This document shows positions 8,387-17,752 of a stretch of 32,848 nucleotides of DNA, piece after piece (the stretch's first letter is position 1; each line of letters starts with the position of its first letter). A model generated the notes under the pieces. That model was given only the letters and a program-made list of their open reading frames with translations, did not search any database and had not been told where the DNA came from. This DNA comes from Patescibacteria group bacterium (lineage in GTDB: Bacteria > Patescibacteriota > Minisyncoccia > Phycocordibacterales > UBA2100): NCBI GenBank assembly GCA_024654485.1, contig JANLHO010000049.1, forward strand, positions 1 through 32,848, written 5' to 3'. The position numbers and the translations under genes were made by a program.

Positions 8387-8407
8387 TAAACTACTCACTA
8401 TTACAAT

Positions 8408-9502
8408 ATGCTAACCGCATTACTCGTCATCGGCATTCTCGTACTCCTCATCGTGGTGCATGAGCTTGGGCACTTCGTCGCGGCGAAATTGTCGGGCGTG
8501 AAGGTGGAGGAATTCGGAGTGGGATATCCGCCGCGCGCCTTTACACTCGTAAAGTTGGGCGGCACGGAATACACGCTCAATTGGATACCCTTCGGCGGCT
8601 TCGTGCGCCTCTTTGGTGATGTGGGCGAGGGTGAGCACGGGAGGGGAAGTCTCGTGGATGCGCCTCGCTGGAAGCAGGCGCTTATACTCGTAGCCGGAGT
8701 GGCCATGAATGCGCTCACCGCATGGATACTTTTTGCGGTTGCTTTTCACATCGGCGTCCCGCAGCCTATTGATGCTCCCATGGCCGGGGAAGAAACGAGG
8801 ATCGTAATCGTAGATGTCGTGCCCGGCTCTCCCGCTTTTGCAGCAGGTCTTTCCGCAGGCGACATACTCGTGGACATGACCGATGAGAATGGAGAGCGCG
8901 CCATTGATGCCTGGACGCCGGACGCTGTCGTGGCTTTCGTAGGCGAGCGTGCCGGAGAGCCGATAGACGTTACTTTCGTACACGAAGGAGAGACGAAGCA
9001 CGCGACCCTCATACCGGCGCAAGGCGTGCTTGAGTCGGAAGCGGGGAAGCCCGCGCTCGGCGTCGCGCTCGTATTGGTGGCCAGCCGCTCCGAGCCGTGG
9101 GGAGATGCCCTGTACGACGCTTATTTTGCCACGATTGATACTTTCAAAAATGTCTTTGACAGCCTCGCCGCGCTCGTGGGGCGACTGACGAGCGGACATC
9201 CGAGCCTGTCCGGTGTGGTGGGGCCGGTCGGGATCGTGGGGTATGTGCACGACGCTTCGCAGAACGGATTCGGGGCGGTCTTGATACTCGCCGCAATAAT
9301 CTCCGTCAACCTCTCAATATTCAACCTCATTCCGATACCGGCATTGGACGGCGGCAGACTTCTTACCCTCGGCGTGGAGGCCGTTCTGCGGAGGGCGGCA
9401 CCACGGCTAATCACGCAGGCCTTGAACGCGCTCGGTGTCGCTTTCATCATTCTGCTAATGGTAGTCGTAACATATCAGGACATACTCCGGCTTATTGCGT
9501 AG
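8408..9502 (+). CDS. rseP: RIP metalloprotease RseP (M50 family, one PDZ domain)
   Basis: HELGH, IPFGGFV, AGVAMN, PDZ segment GSPAFAAGL, NLIPIPALDGG. Confidence 0.93.
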   Translation: MLTALLVIGILVLLIVVHELGHFVAAKLSGVKVEEFGVGYPPRAFTLVKLGGTEYTLNWIPFGGFVRLFGDVGEGEHGRGSLVDAPRWKQALILVAGVAMNALTAWILFAVAFHIGVPQPIDAPMAGEETRIVIVDVVPGSPAFAAGLSAGDILVDMTDENGERAIDAWTPDAVVAFVGERAGEPIDVTFVHEGETKHATLIPAQGVLESEAGKPALGVALVLVASRSEPWGDALYDAYFATIDTFKNVFDSLAALVGRLTSGHPSLSGVVGPVGIVGYVHDASQNGFGAVLILAAIISVNLSIFNLIPIPALDGGRLLTLGVEAVLRRAAPRLITQALNALGVAFIILLMVVVTYQDILRLIA

Positions 9503-9567
9503 GGAAGCGCAAGAGCGAGATTTTGCCTAAATTGCGCGATATGGCTTTGATGCGTTAGAATGTCGTA

Positions 9568-9748
9568 GAAATTAAGGAGCCGCAGGTGACTATAATTTCA
9601 AGACCCGCCTATCCGCCCTATGCAGCTACACAACTCAGACTTTGGTTACATCCTCCCCCTGTCAGTGGGCAATTTTGTATGTCCCCGTCAATCAGGCGGA
9701 TGGGCGGGTATAAGGACTTCTAAACTCTCTGTGCTCGTTAAGAATTCC
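9568..9748 (+). ncRNA. candidate 6S RNA-like long hairpin with central bubble
   Basis: Promoter-like TTGCGC-18-TAGAAT (9532-9561). Closing stem TTAAgGAGCcGCAG / CTGTGCTCgTTAA, A/U-rich internal bubble, 15-bp inner stem 9603-9617 / 9695-9709; ~180 nt. Folded by eye only. Confidence 0.5.
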
Positions 9749-9752
9749 TAAT

Positions 9753-11000
9753 ATGCGACAATCAAAGCTCTTCACCTCCACGAGGCGCAACGCACCGAAG
9801 GACGAGGTGGTCAGGAACGCCGAGCTTCTCATACGCGGCGGTTTCATACATAAGGAAATGGCGGGCGTGTATTCTTATCTGCCGCTGGGGCTTCGCGTCC
9901 TCCACAAGATAGAGCAGATAATCCGCGAGGAGATGGATGCCGTAGGCGGACAAGAGGTTCGCATGGCGACACTGCATCCGAGCGATAATTGGAAGAAGAC
10001 GGGCGGGTGGAGCAGCGTGGACGTCTTGTTCAAGATACAAAGCCGTACGGAAAAAGAATACGCTCTCGGTTCCAGCGAGGAAGAGATAGTTACTCCGATA
10101 GCGCAAGAATATATAGGCTCGTACAAGGATTTGCCTCTCGCCGTCTACCAGATAGAGCAGAAATATCGTGACGAGTTGCGCGCAAAGAGCGGTATTATGC
10201 GCGGACGCGAATTCGGCATGAAAGACATGTACAGCTTTCACGCCGACCAGAAAGACTTTGAGCGGTTTTATGAGACGGTCAAACAGGCCTACTTCAAGGT
10301 CTTTGAGCGCTGCGGGCTGGATGCCAAGGTGACGGAAGCTTCCGGAGGCGCCTTCTCCAACAAGCTCTCATACGAATTCATGGTGCTCACGGACGCCGGC
10401 GAGGACGACATTCTCTACTGCGGCCAGTGCACGCACTGCGTCAACGTGGAGGTCGCGAAGCACGCGGCAGGGGATACATGCCCGAAGTGCGGCAAGGGCA
10501 AGCTAAAAAAAGCGCGAGCCGCGGAAGTTGGCAACGTATTTGATCTGGGACAGCGGTACCCGAAAAGCTTCGGCTTCACCTTCAAAGACAAAGACGGGAA
10601 AGACAAGACGCCTGTCATGGGCTGCTACGGGATCGGAACGACGCGCCTCATGGGTACGATAGTGGAGGTACTCTCCGACGATAAAGGAATCGTATGGCCG
10701 GCGACCGTCGCGCCTTTTTCGGTCCACCTCGTCGCCATTGCCGGAGGCAACGCGGACGTTACCGCCGAGGCCGACCGCGTGTACGAACTTCTATGCGAGA
10801 ACGGCATCCCGGCCCTCTACGACGACCGCGACGAGCGTGCGGGCGCAAAATTCGCCGATGCCGACCTCATAGGCATCCCAAAGCGGCTGGTCGTTTCGGA
10901 GAAAACGGTCTCGGCGGGCGGAATAGAGGTGACGGATCGCTCAAACGGCTCCTCTACGCTCGTCGCCGACAGCGCGATAGTTGAACATTTGCGGATGTGA
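9753..11000 (+). CDS. proS: proline--tRNA ligase (short bacterial type without INS editing domain)
   Basis: MRQSKLF, GVYSYLPLG, KYRDELRAKSGIMRGREFGMKDMYSF, EVGNVFDLG, MGCYGIG, anticodon domain DDRDERAGAKFADADLIG. Confidence 0.96.
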   Translation: MRQSKLFTSTRRNAPKDEVVRNAELLIRGGFIHKEMAGVYSYLPLGLRVLHKIEQIIREEMDAVGGQEVRMATLHPSDNWKKTGGWSSVDVLFKIQSRTEKEYALGSSEEEIVTPIAQEYIGSYKDLPLAVYQIEQKYRDELRAKSGIMRGREFGMKDMYSFHADQKDFERFYETVKQAYFKVFERCGLDAKVTEASGGAFSNKLSYEFMVLTDAGEDDILYCGQCTHCVNVEVAKHAAGDTCPKCGKGKLKKARAAEVGNVFDLGQRYPKSFGFTFKDKDGKDKTPVMGCYGIGTTRLMGTIVEVLSDDKGIVWPATVAPFSVHLVAIAGGNADVTAEADRVYELLCENGIPALYDDRDERAGAKFADADLIGIPKRLVVSEKTVSAGGIEVTDRSNGSSTLVADSAIVEHLRM

Positions 11001-11003
11001 TTT

Positions 11004-12083
11004 ATGGGATTTCTTGACTCCTTGCGGCGCATTAAAGATCGGGTACTCGGCCTTTTCTCCAACGACATCGGCATAGACCTCGGCACCGCCAACACGCTTG
11101 TATATGTGAAGGGTCGGGGTATCGTCATCAACGAGCCCTCAATAGTGGCCGTCAATCAGAAGACGGGGCAGGTAGTCGCCGTCGGCGGGCAGGCCAAAGA
11201 CATGCTGGGTCGGACTCCGGCGCACATCCTTGCCGTGCAGCCCGTCGTGGACGGCGTCATATCCGACTTTGAAATAACATCCGAGATGCTCGCGTACCTT
11301 ATCGGCAAAGCCCAGGCGGGGCATACGAAGCTTCTGGGGCCGCGGGTCGCCGTGGGCGTGCCTTCCGGCATCACCTCCGTGGAAGCGCGCGCCGTGCGCG
11401 ACGCCGCGCGTGCCGCCGGAGCGCGCGAAGTGCACGTCATAGAAGAACCGATGGCCGCCGCCATCGGCATAGATTTACCCGTGCATGAGCCCACCGGCTC
11501 TATGGTCATTGACATCGGCGGCGGCACGACCGATATCGGCATCATCTCGCTCGGAGGGCTCGTCAACGCGCGCAACGTGCGCATAGCCGGCGACAAATTC
11601 AACGCCGACATCGTCGCGCACGCGCGCAATGAATTCAAGATGCTGATAGGGGAGAAAAGCGCCGAGGATATCAAGATAGCCATAGCATCCGTCTCCCCGA
11701 CGCGCCCGCCTATGCAGGCGATAATCCGCGGCCGCGATCTCGTGACCGGGCTGCCTCGTGAGATAACCATGTCGGATCAGGACGTGCGCAACGCCATAGG
11801 GCACTCCATAGAGGAGCTGGTGGAGGCTATAAAGGAAGTTCTGGAAACGACCCCGCCTGAGATACTTTCCGATATCATGCAACGCGGCATCCACCTCGCC
11901 GGCGGCGGGGCCATGATACGCGGACTGCCGGAATTCCTTACGGCGGAGCTTGGCGTGCCCGTCGTCGTCGCACCCGACCCACTGACGGCCGTCGTTCGCG
12001 GCACGAGCGTGGTCTTACTTAATATTGAGATTTTCCGAGAAACGCTTTTACGCAACGATGAAGAACTCGTACCCACAGAATAG
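11004..12083 (+). CDS. mreB: rod shape-determining protein MreB (paralog 2, in mre operon)
   Basis: IGIDLGTANTLV, EEPMAAAIG, DIGGGTTD, AGGGA; upstream of mreC. Confidence 0.97.
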   Translation: MGFLDSLRRIKDRVLGLFSNDIGIDLGTANTLVYVKGRGIVINEPSIVAVNQKTGQVVAVGGQAKDMLGRTPAHILAVQPVVDGVISDFEITSEMLAYLIGKAQAGHTKLLGPRVAVGVPSGITSVEARAVRDAARAAGAREVHVIEEPMAAAIGIDLPVHEPTGSMVIDIGGGTTDIGIISLGGLVNARNVRIAGDKFNADIVAHARNEFKMLIGEKSAEDIKIAIASVSPTRPPMQAIIRGRDLVTGLPREITMSDQDVRNAIGHSIEELVEAIKEVLETTPPEILSDIMQRGIHLAGGGAMIRGLPEFLTAELGVPVVVAPDPLTAVVRGTSVVLLNIEIFRETLLRNDEELVPTE

Positions 12084-12110
12084 TCGCGACGATTGCACAA
12101 AGTAGCGTAT

Positions 12111-12890
12111 ATGGACAGGTATTACCGAGCACCAAAAAGAGGCAGGCGACGCCTTATGGCCGCTACGGCCCTCGTCATACTCATACTGATAGCGGATGTC
12201 GTGTCAGGCGGGTACGTGCGCGGACAAGTGCGTCTGGTCGCCTCGGTCGTTTCGGGTTGGGGGAGCGCGCTGATGCGAGGCGTCGCCTCTACCGGCTTTT
12301 TGCAAAGCAGCGCCTCGCTCAAGGCGGAGAATCGCGCACTCAAGATTCAAGTGGCGCAACTATCCGAGAGGGCCGCGTCCGCCGAGGCGCTCAAGCGTGA
12401 GAACGATGCATTGCGCGAGCTCGCACGTCTTGCGGCCGATACACCCGGGATAACGGCTCCCATAATCTCGTCGGTGAGCGCTTCGCCGTACGGCACTTTT
12501 CTTATAGGTACGGGCGGGAGCGACATAATCTCAGGCGACATGGTAATGACGGAAGGGGGTTTCGTCGTGGGTATAGTGAGCGATGTGCGCGAAAGTACGG
12601 CGCTCGTGTCCGAGATATTTGCTCCGGGCAACTCCATAGATGCCTCGCTTCAAGGCGCGTACATACGCGTGGAAGGACGCGGGGGCGGCAACGCGCACGC
12701 TGAAGCGCCGCGCGATCTGATTGTCGGGGTGGGGGATGTCGTTGTAGCGCCGAGCTTCGGGCAGCGACCGATCGGCATAGTAGGGGCGGTCGCCTCCACT
12801 TCAGCCAGCGCTTCGCAAGACGTGTATCTGCATCTGCCGAGCGCGCTCTCAGCGATCTCTTTCGTATATGTATCACCTTCCGATTACTAG
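12111..12890 (+). CDS. mreC: rod shape-determining protein MreC
   Basis: N-terminal TM helix, coiled coil (LKAENRALK...LKRENDALREL), beta-rich C-terminal domain; follows mreB. Confidence 0.85.
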   Translation: MDRYYRAPKRGRRRLMAATALVILILIADVVSGGYVRGQVRLVASVVSGWGSALMRGVASTGFLQSSASLKAENRALKIQVAQLSERAASAEALKRENDALRELARLAADTPGITAPIISSVSASPYGTFLIGTGGSDIISGDMVMTEGGFVVGIVSDVRESTALVSEIFAPGNSIDASLQGAYIRVEGRGGGNAHAEAPRDLIVGVGDVVVAPSFGQRPIGIVGAVASTSASASQDVYLHLPSALSAISFVYVSPSDY

Positions 12891-13143
12891 CATTCGCGTG
12901 TTCGTAGCGCTCGCGGGACTCTTCGGCGTCTTGTGGGGGCCGTGGTGGCTGACCGCTGCCGCCATCGTGCTGCTGTCGGCTCGTTTTCGCGCGTGGGAAG
13001 CGCTCCTACTGGGTCTTTTGACCGATCTCACATGGCTGCCTGCGGTTTCTCTTTTCCAACCCGTGCCGTTTTTCACGCTTGGCGCTATCGCCGTGATTTG
13101 GGCGTTTGAGCCTATACGTTCAAAGTTTTTGCTCAGGACGTGA
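12868..13143 (+). CDS. small integral membrane protein, possibly a minimal MreD analogue
   Basis: Hydrophobic ~90 aa with GLLTDL, located between mreC and PBP2. Start uncertain. Confidence 0.6.
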   Translation: MYHLPITSIRVFVALAGLFGVLWGPWWLTAAAIVLLSARFRAWEALLLGLLTDLTWLPAVSLFQPVPFFTLGAIAVIWAFEPIRSKFLLRT

Positions 13144-13201
13144 TTTACCACCTCAGCCGACGGGAAGAGTCGCGTGTATGCCCATTTGGTATAGTGTGGG
13201 C

Positions 13202-14932
13202 ATGAGACAAGGGCGCGGAAGCAGTGTGGTGCACGAGATAGCGCCGGATGAAATATTCCTTGATTCCTCCAACTTGCCGGGACACGAGTCCAGCCAGTTT
13301 GAAGGGCGCGTCGCGAAGCCGCTTTCGCGGCGCGCGATAGTGGCTGTCGGTCTCGCATTTTTGCTCGTGGCGCTGGTGTTTGCCGGTCGCGCATTCAGTC
13401 TGCAGATAGTACGAGGCTCCCAGCTCGCGGACGCGTCGCGCTTCAATACGCTGAGCCGTACTATAATTTTCTCTTCGCGCGGCGTTATCTACGACAGGAC
13501 CGGTCGCGAGCTCGCGTGGAATGAGCCGCAACAACAGGCGGTTGCGGATGCGATATCAACTACCGATAAAGGAGAAGCAACGTCCCTCTACGCGCTGCGC
13601 CGCTATGCATCCGCTTCGGGTCTTTCGCACGTCTTGGGATTCGTGCAGTATCCGAAGGCGGATTCGCAGGGCAATTGGTGGCGAACCGAATACGCCCCCA
13701 TTTCCGGGGTTGAGCTTGCTTTCAACGATACGCTTGCGGGCGCGAATGGGAGCACTATGGTGGAGCGTGATGCGCACGGAAATGTTGAGAGAGAAGATAT
13801 CGTCGCCCGCCCTAAGAACGGAGAGCCTCTCACGCTCTCCATAGATGCCGACGTGCAAAGCAAGCTGTACGAAGTCCTTTTTGCTCACGCGAGTGAGCAG
13901 GGATTTGACGGCGGCGCGGCCGTCATCATGGATGTGCGGACGGGAGAGATCCTGGCACTCACGAGTTTCCCCGAGTACGACAATCAGGCATTCACCGACG
14001 GCAACGCGTCCGTAGTGCGGGCCGAGACATCCGACGCCTCCACTCCGCTTCTGGACCGTGCCGTCTCGGGTCTCTACACTCCCGGCTCTATCGTGAAGCC
14101 CATCTTTGCCGCAGCCGCGCTGAACGAGGGGATAATCTCGCCCGATAAAGACATTGTCTCTACCGGAGCGATAAGCATTCCCAATCCGTATGATCCGGAC
14201 AACCCGACCCTCTTTCGCGACTGGACGGTGCACGGCCCCGTCAATATGCGCGAGGCAATCGCGGTGTCCAGCGACGAATACTTTTACACCATAGGCGGCG
14301 GATACGAAGGCCAGCAGGGCTTGGGCATCGCGCGTCTGGATGAGTATGCGAAGCTATTCGGACTCGGAGAGCACACCGGTATAGAACTTTCTGGCGAGCA
14401 GTCAGGCGTTATACCCACGCCGGAGTGGAAAGCTATCACTTTTGGCGAGGACGATCCGTGGCGCATAGGAAATACGTACCATACCGCCATCGGCCAGTAC
14501 GGCTTTCAGATAACGCCGATACAGGCCGCCGTTTTTGCTGCCGCGATAGGGAATGGCGGAAAGCTGCTCAAGCCGCAGCTTGTGGCTTCCTCAACGCCGC
14601 AATTCAGGGATGTCGGCGTGCCCGACAAGTATCTACAGGTAGCGCGCGAGGGAATGCGTCTTGCCGTCACATCGGACCGCACCGATGCCACCGTAAAGTT
14701 CTTCAATATGTCGGGCATAGAGCTGGCGGCGAAAACAGGTACGGCGCAGCTGGGCCTGCACAACGAATGGATGAACTCGTGGTCTATCGGGTTCTGGCCC
14801 GCGAGTGATCCGAAGTACGCATACGCTGTGGTTCTGGAGCACGCGCCCGCAGGCACGCTCTCCGGAGCCGCGCCCGGAATGCTGCCTTTTTTCCGCTGGC
14901 TAATAGCCGCTCACCCTGAGTACGTAAAGTAG
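13202..14932 (+). CDS. mrdA: penicillin-binding protein 2 (class B transpeptidase)
   Basis: RGVIYDRTG, GSIVK (SxxK), SSD (SxN variant), KTGTAQ; single N-terminal TM. Start chosen 6 nt after TATAGT. Confidence 0.9.
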   Translation: MRQGRGSSVVHEIAPDEIFLDSSNLPGHESSQFEGRVAKPLSRRAIVAVGLAFLLVALVFAGRAFSLQIVRGSQLADASRFNTLSRTIIFSSRGVIYDRTGRELAWNEPQQQAVADAISTTDKGEATSLYALRRYASASGLSHVLGFVQYPKADSQGNWWRTEYAPISGVELAFNDTLAGANGSTMVERDAHGNVEREDIVARPKNGEPLTLSIDADVQSKLYEVLFAHASEQGFDGGAAVIMDVRTGEILALTSFPEYDNQAFTDGNASVVRAETSDASTPLLDRAVSGLYTPGSIVKPIFAAAALNEGIISPDKDIVSTGAISIPNPYDPDNPTLFRDWTVHGPVNMREAIAVSSDEYFYTIGGGYEGQQGLGIARLDEYAKLFGLGEHTGIELSGEQSGVIPTPEWKAITFGEDDPWRIGNTYHTAIGQYGFQITPIQAAVFAAAIGNGGKLLKPQLVASSTPQFRDVGVPDKYLQVAREGMRLAVTSDRTDATVKFFNMSGIELAAKTGTAQLGLHNEWMNSWSIGFWPASDPKYAYAVVLEHAPAGTLSGAAPGMLPFFRWLIAAHPEYVK

Positions 14933-15004
14933 TGCGACATGCGCACACAGGACGGCGCTTTTGCATTTTCCGGATATCCTGTACAATGCTGCGACTCTTT
15001 CAAT

Positions 15005-15472
15005 ATGAATGATGACACCAACTATCTGAGCAAGGAGAAATTTGACGAGCTGACCGCCGAGCTTGAGCATTTGAAGACCGTGCGTCGCCGCGAGATAGCC
15101 GAGCAGCTTGAGTACGCGCGCAGTCTTGGCGACCTCTCGGAGAATGCCGAATACGAGGAGGCTCGCAACCTGCAGGCGGCCACGGAAGACCGCATCCGCA
15201 ACATAGAGACTGAGCTCTCTCGCGCCCGAATCATAGAACACTCAAAAGGCAACACGGTAAGCCTCGGCTCTACAGTCACGATACAAAAGCAGGGCGAAAA
15301 GGAAGATCTCACATACGAGATAGTCGGCAGCGCGGAGGCCAACATGCAGGAGCACAAAATATCCCATCTCTCACCGCTCGGGAGCGCTCTCATGGAGAAG
15401 AAAAAAGGGGAAACATTCACTTTTGAAACCCCAAAAGGCGCGCAGAAATACAAAGTCGTGAACATCAGGTAA
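15005..15472 (+). CDS. greA: transcription elongation factor GreA
   Basis: GDLSENAEYEEA, ISHLSPLGSAL. Confidence 0.96.
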   Translation: MNDDTNYLSKEKFDELTAELEHLKTVRRREIAEQLEYARSLGDLSENAEYEEARNLQAATEDRIRNIETELSRARIIEHSKGNTVSLGSTVTIQKQGEKEDLTYEIVGSAEANMQEHKISHLSPLGSALMEKKKGETFTFETPKGAQKYKVVNIR

Positions 15473-15480
15473 ACGAAGAC

Positions 15481-15539
15481 CAGAGAGCAGTGAACAGAGA
15501 AAGGCCGCGCGTTTTCTGTCCACTGTCCACTGTTGACTG
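15481..15539. repeat. two opposed heptamer arrays with no gene between them
   Basis: CAGAGAG CAGTGAA CAGAGAA, 14-nt spacer, CTGTCCA CTGTCCA CTGTTGA CTG. Confidence 0.65.
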
Positions 15540-15571
15540 AACGCTCCCTTGCGCGTAGTGTGATTTCAATC

Positions 15572-16537
15572 ATGTCCGAACCAGCCTCATCCGAATCCGT
15601 GAATCTGGCGCTGGAGTTCGTAAGAGTGACTGAGGTCGCCGCGATAGCCGCCGCCAAGTGGGTCGGCCGCGGGGACGGCAAAGCGGCCGACAAAGCCGCC
15701 GTGGACGCAATGCGTACGCAGTTCAACACGATAGATTTTCACGGTACCATCGTCATAGGAGAGGGCGCGAAAGACGAATCCCACGAACTCTACGTGGGCG
15801 AGGAACTTGGGCAGGGCAAGGGCCCCGCATTTGATATCGCGGTAGACCCTCTTGAATGCACCGACTCGGTCGCGAACGGGAAGCCGAACGCGCTTGCGGT
15901 CATAGCGACGGGCCCCAAGGGCAGCCTTTACCGTGCGGCCGATTCGTACATGGATAAGATAGCGGTGGGGCCGGAAGCGGCCGGCGTCGTAGACCTTGAT
16001 GCGTCCGTCACGGACAACGTCAAGAAAACCGCCAATGCGCTCGGAAAAGAAGTTTCCGAGCTTGTGGTATCCATATTGGATCGCGATAGGCACGAAGGGC
16101 TGATACGAGAGGCGCGCGCCGCAGGCGCGCGCGTGCGACTATTCTCGGACGGCGATGTAGCCATGGCGCTCGGAACCTGCCTTGAGGACACGAGCGTAGA
16201 CATGCTCTTGGGCACGGGCGGTAGCGCCGAGGCGGTACTCGCGGCCGCAGGCATACGCGTCTTGGGCGGGGAGATACTGTGCCGGTGGAATCCCAAGGAC
16301 GAAAAACACGTTAAGCGCCTGAACGAGGCAGGGGTAACGGATTTCTCGCCGGTGTTTACCGCGCGCGACCTTGCCGCAGGCGACGACATAACCTTCACGG
16401 CGACAGGCGTTCTCACCGGACCCCTCGCGAGGGGCGTGCTATTCGCTGCGGACCACATCATGACGCATTCCGTCGTGATGTCGCTGGAGGGGAGGTCGGT
16501 TAGGTTTATTGAGACCAAGCACATGCCCGCACACTAA
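15572..16537 (+). CDS. glpX: class II fructose-1,6-bisphosphatase
   Basis: RVTEVAAIAA, GRGD..AADKAAV, VIGEG.KDE, DIAVDPLE, YMDK, DGDV, ATGV. Confidence 0.93.
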   Translation: MSEPASSESVNLALEFVRVTEVAAIAAAKWVGRGDGKAADKAAVDAMRTQFNTIDFHGTIVIGEGAKDESHELYVGEELGQGKGPAFDIAVDPLECTDSVANGKPNALAVIATGPKGSLYRAADSYMDKIAVGPEAAGVVDLDASVTDNVKKTANALGKEVSELVVSILDRDRHEGLIREARAAGARVRLFSDGDVAMALGTCLEDTSVDMLLGTGGSAEAVLAAAGIRVLGGEILCRWNPKDEKHVKRLNEAGVTDFSPVFTARDLAAGDDITFTATGVLTGPLARGVLFAADHIMTHSVVMSLEGRSVRFIETKHMPAH

Positions 16538-16688
16538 TTTTGCCGATGCCTCTTATGGACGAAACCGCTTACATGCAGATTACCAACGGAGCCACACGTT
16601 CCGCGTTCGCAACATTTTGCTACGGCGCGGAATGTCGGCAAATTTAGCGTGCGGGTGTGCAATAATTATCAGATAGCATAATCATATT

Positions 16689-17717
16689 ATGGATATAAAA
16701 ACACTGAAGAAGACGGCCGGCCAAATGGTCGCCAAGGGGAAGGGTATAATAGCGGCCGACGAGAGCGCAGGGACATGCCAGAAGAGATTTGATTCGGTGG
16801 GGGTGCCGTGCACGGAGGACAACCGTCGCGCCTATCGGGAGACCATAATCGCCGCGCCGGGACTTGAGGAGTATGTGAGCGGCATAATTCTATTTGATGA
16901 GACCATCCGACAGGAAACAACCGACGGCGAACGTTTCTCCGACGTGCTAGCAAAGAAGGGCATACTGCCGGGCATCAAGGTGGACATGGGCGCGAAGGAG
17001 CTTGCGCTTCACGCCGGTGAAAAGGTTACGGAAGGACTGGACGGCCTTCGCGAACGCCTCGCGGAGTACAAGACATTTGGCACGATGTTTGCCAAGTGGC
17101 GCGCCGTCATCACGATAGGAGAGGGTATACCCTCCGATGCCTGTATCCACGCCAACGCGCACGCAATGGCTCGCTACGCCGCGCTTTGTCAGGAGGCCGA
17201 TATCGTACCCATAGTGGAGCCGGAAGTTTTGATAGAAGGCGACCACACGATAGAGCAATGCTATGAGGCCAGCGTCGCCGCGCTCAAAAAGACATTTGAA
17301 GAGCTCGCAGGTCAGGATGTCGCTCTGGAAGGCACTATCCTGAAAGCGAGCATGGTCATAGCCGGCAAGAAGGCCGCGAAGCAATCAAGCGTGGAGGAGG
17401 TCGCGAGCGAGACGCTGCGCTGCCTCAAAGAGAGCCTGCCCTCCGCGCTCGCGGGGGTAGTCTTCCTCTCCGGCGGACAGAGCGACGAGCAAGCCACCGC
17501 GCACCTGAGCGCGATGAATGCCGGAGGCAAGCATCCGTGGCCGCTTTCTTTCTCTTACGCTCGCGCGATACAAAGCCCCGTCCTGAAGATTTGGGCCGAG
17601 AATCCCAACGCCAATGTGGAAAAGGCGCGCGAAGCTCTCCTCTTCCGTTCGCGCATGAACTCGCTCGCGACCATGGGCAAATACTCGGAAGAGATGGAAA
17701 AAGAAAGGCCGTACTAA
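16689..17717 (+). CDS. class I fructose-bisphosphate aldolase (eukaryote-like 'glycolytic' family)
   Basis: GKGIIAADES, GIKVD.G, AKWR, VPIVEPE, FLSGGQS, PWPLSFSYARA. Confidence 0.95.
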   Translation: MDIKTLKKTAGQMVAKGKGIIAADESAGTCQKRFDSVGVPCTEDNRRAYRETIIAAPGLEEYVSGIILFDETIRQETTDGERFSDVLAKKGILPGIKVDMGAKELALHAGEKVTEGLDGLRERLAEYKTFGTMFAKWRAVITIGEGIPSDACIHANAHAMARYAALCQEADIVPIVEPEVLIEGDHTIEQCYEASVAALKKTFEELAGQDVALEGTILKASMVIAGKKAAKQSSVEEVASETLRCLKESLPSALAGVVFLSGGQSDEQATAHLSAMNAGGKHPWPLSFSYARAIQSPVLKIWAENPNANVEKAREALLFRSRMNSLATMGKYSEEMEKERPY

Positions 17718-17752
17718 ACCGCGCAGCAAGTTGCAAAGTTTGGCCTGACCAT

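Noticed and set aside
9503-9752. T-box riboswitch upstream of proS
   Set aside because: No T-box consensus (GGTGGNACCGCG) and no terminator/antiterminator with a U-tract. A 6S-like rod fits better.
16537-16648. Hairpins between glpX and the aldolase gene as a distinct element
   Set aside because: An imperfect ~12-bp inverted repeat and an inner stem are present, but there is no clear second copy or family match in the window.
17537-17752. N-terminal extension of the sigma-like ORF overlapping the aldolase gene
   Set aside because: It is an alternative-frame read of the aldolase 3' end; ATG 17753 after the aldolase stop is more plausible.
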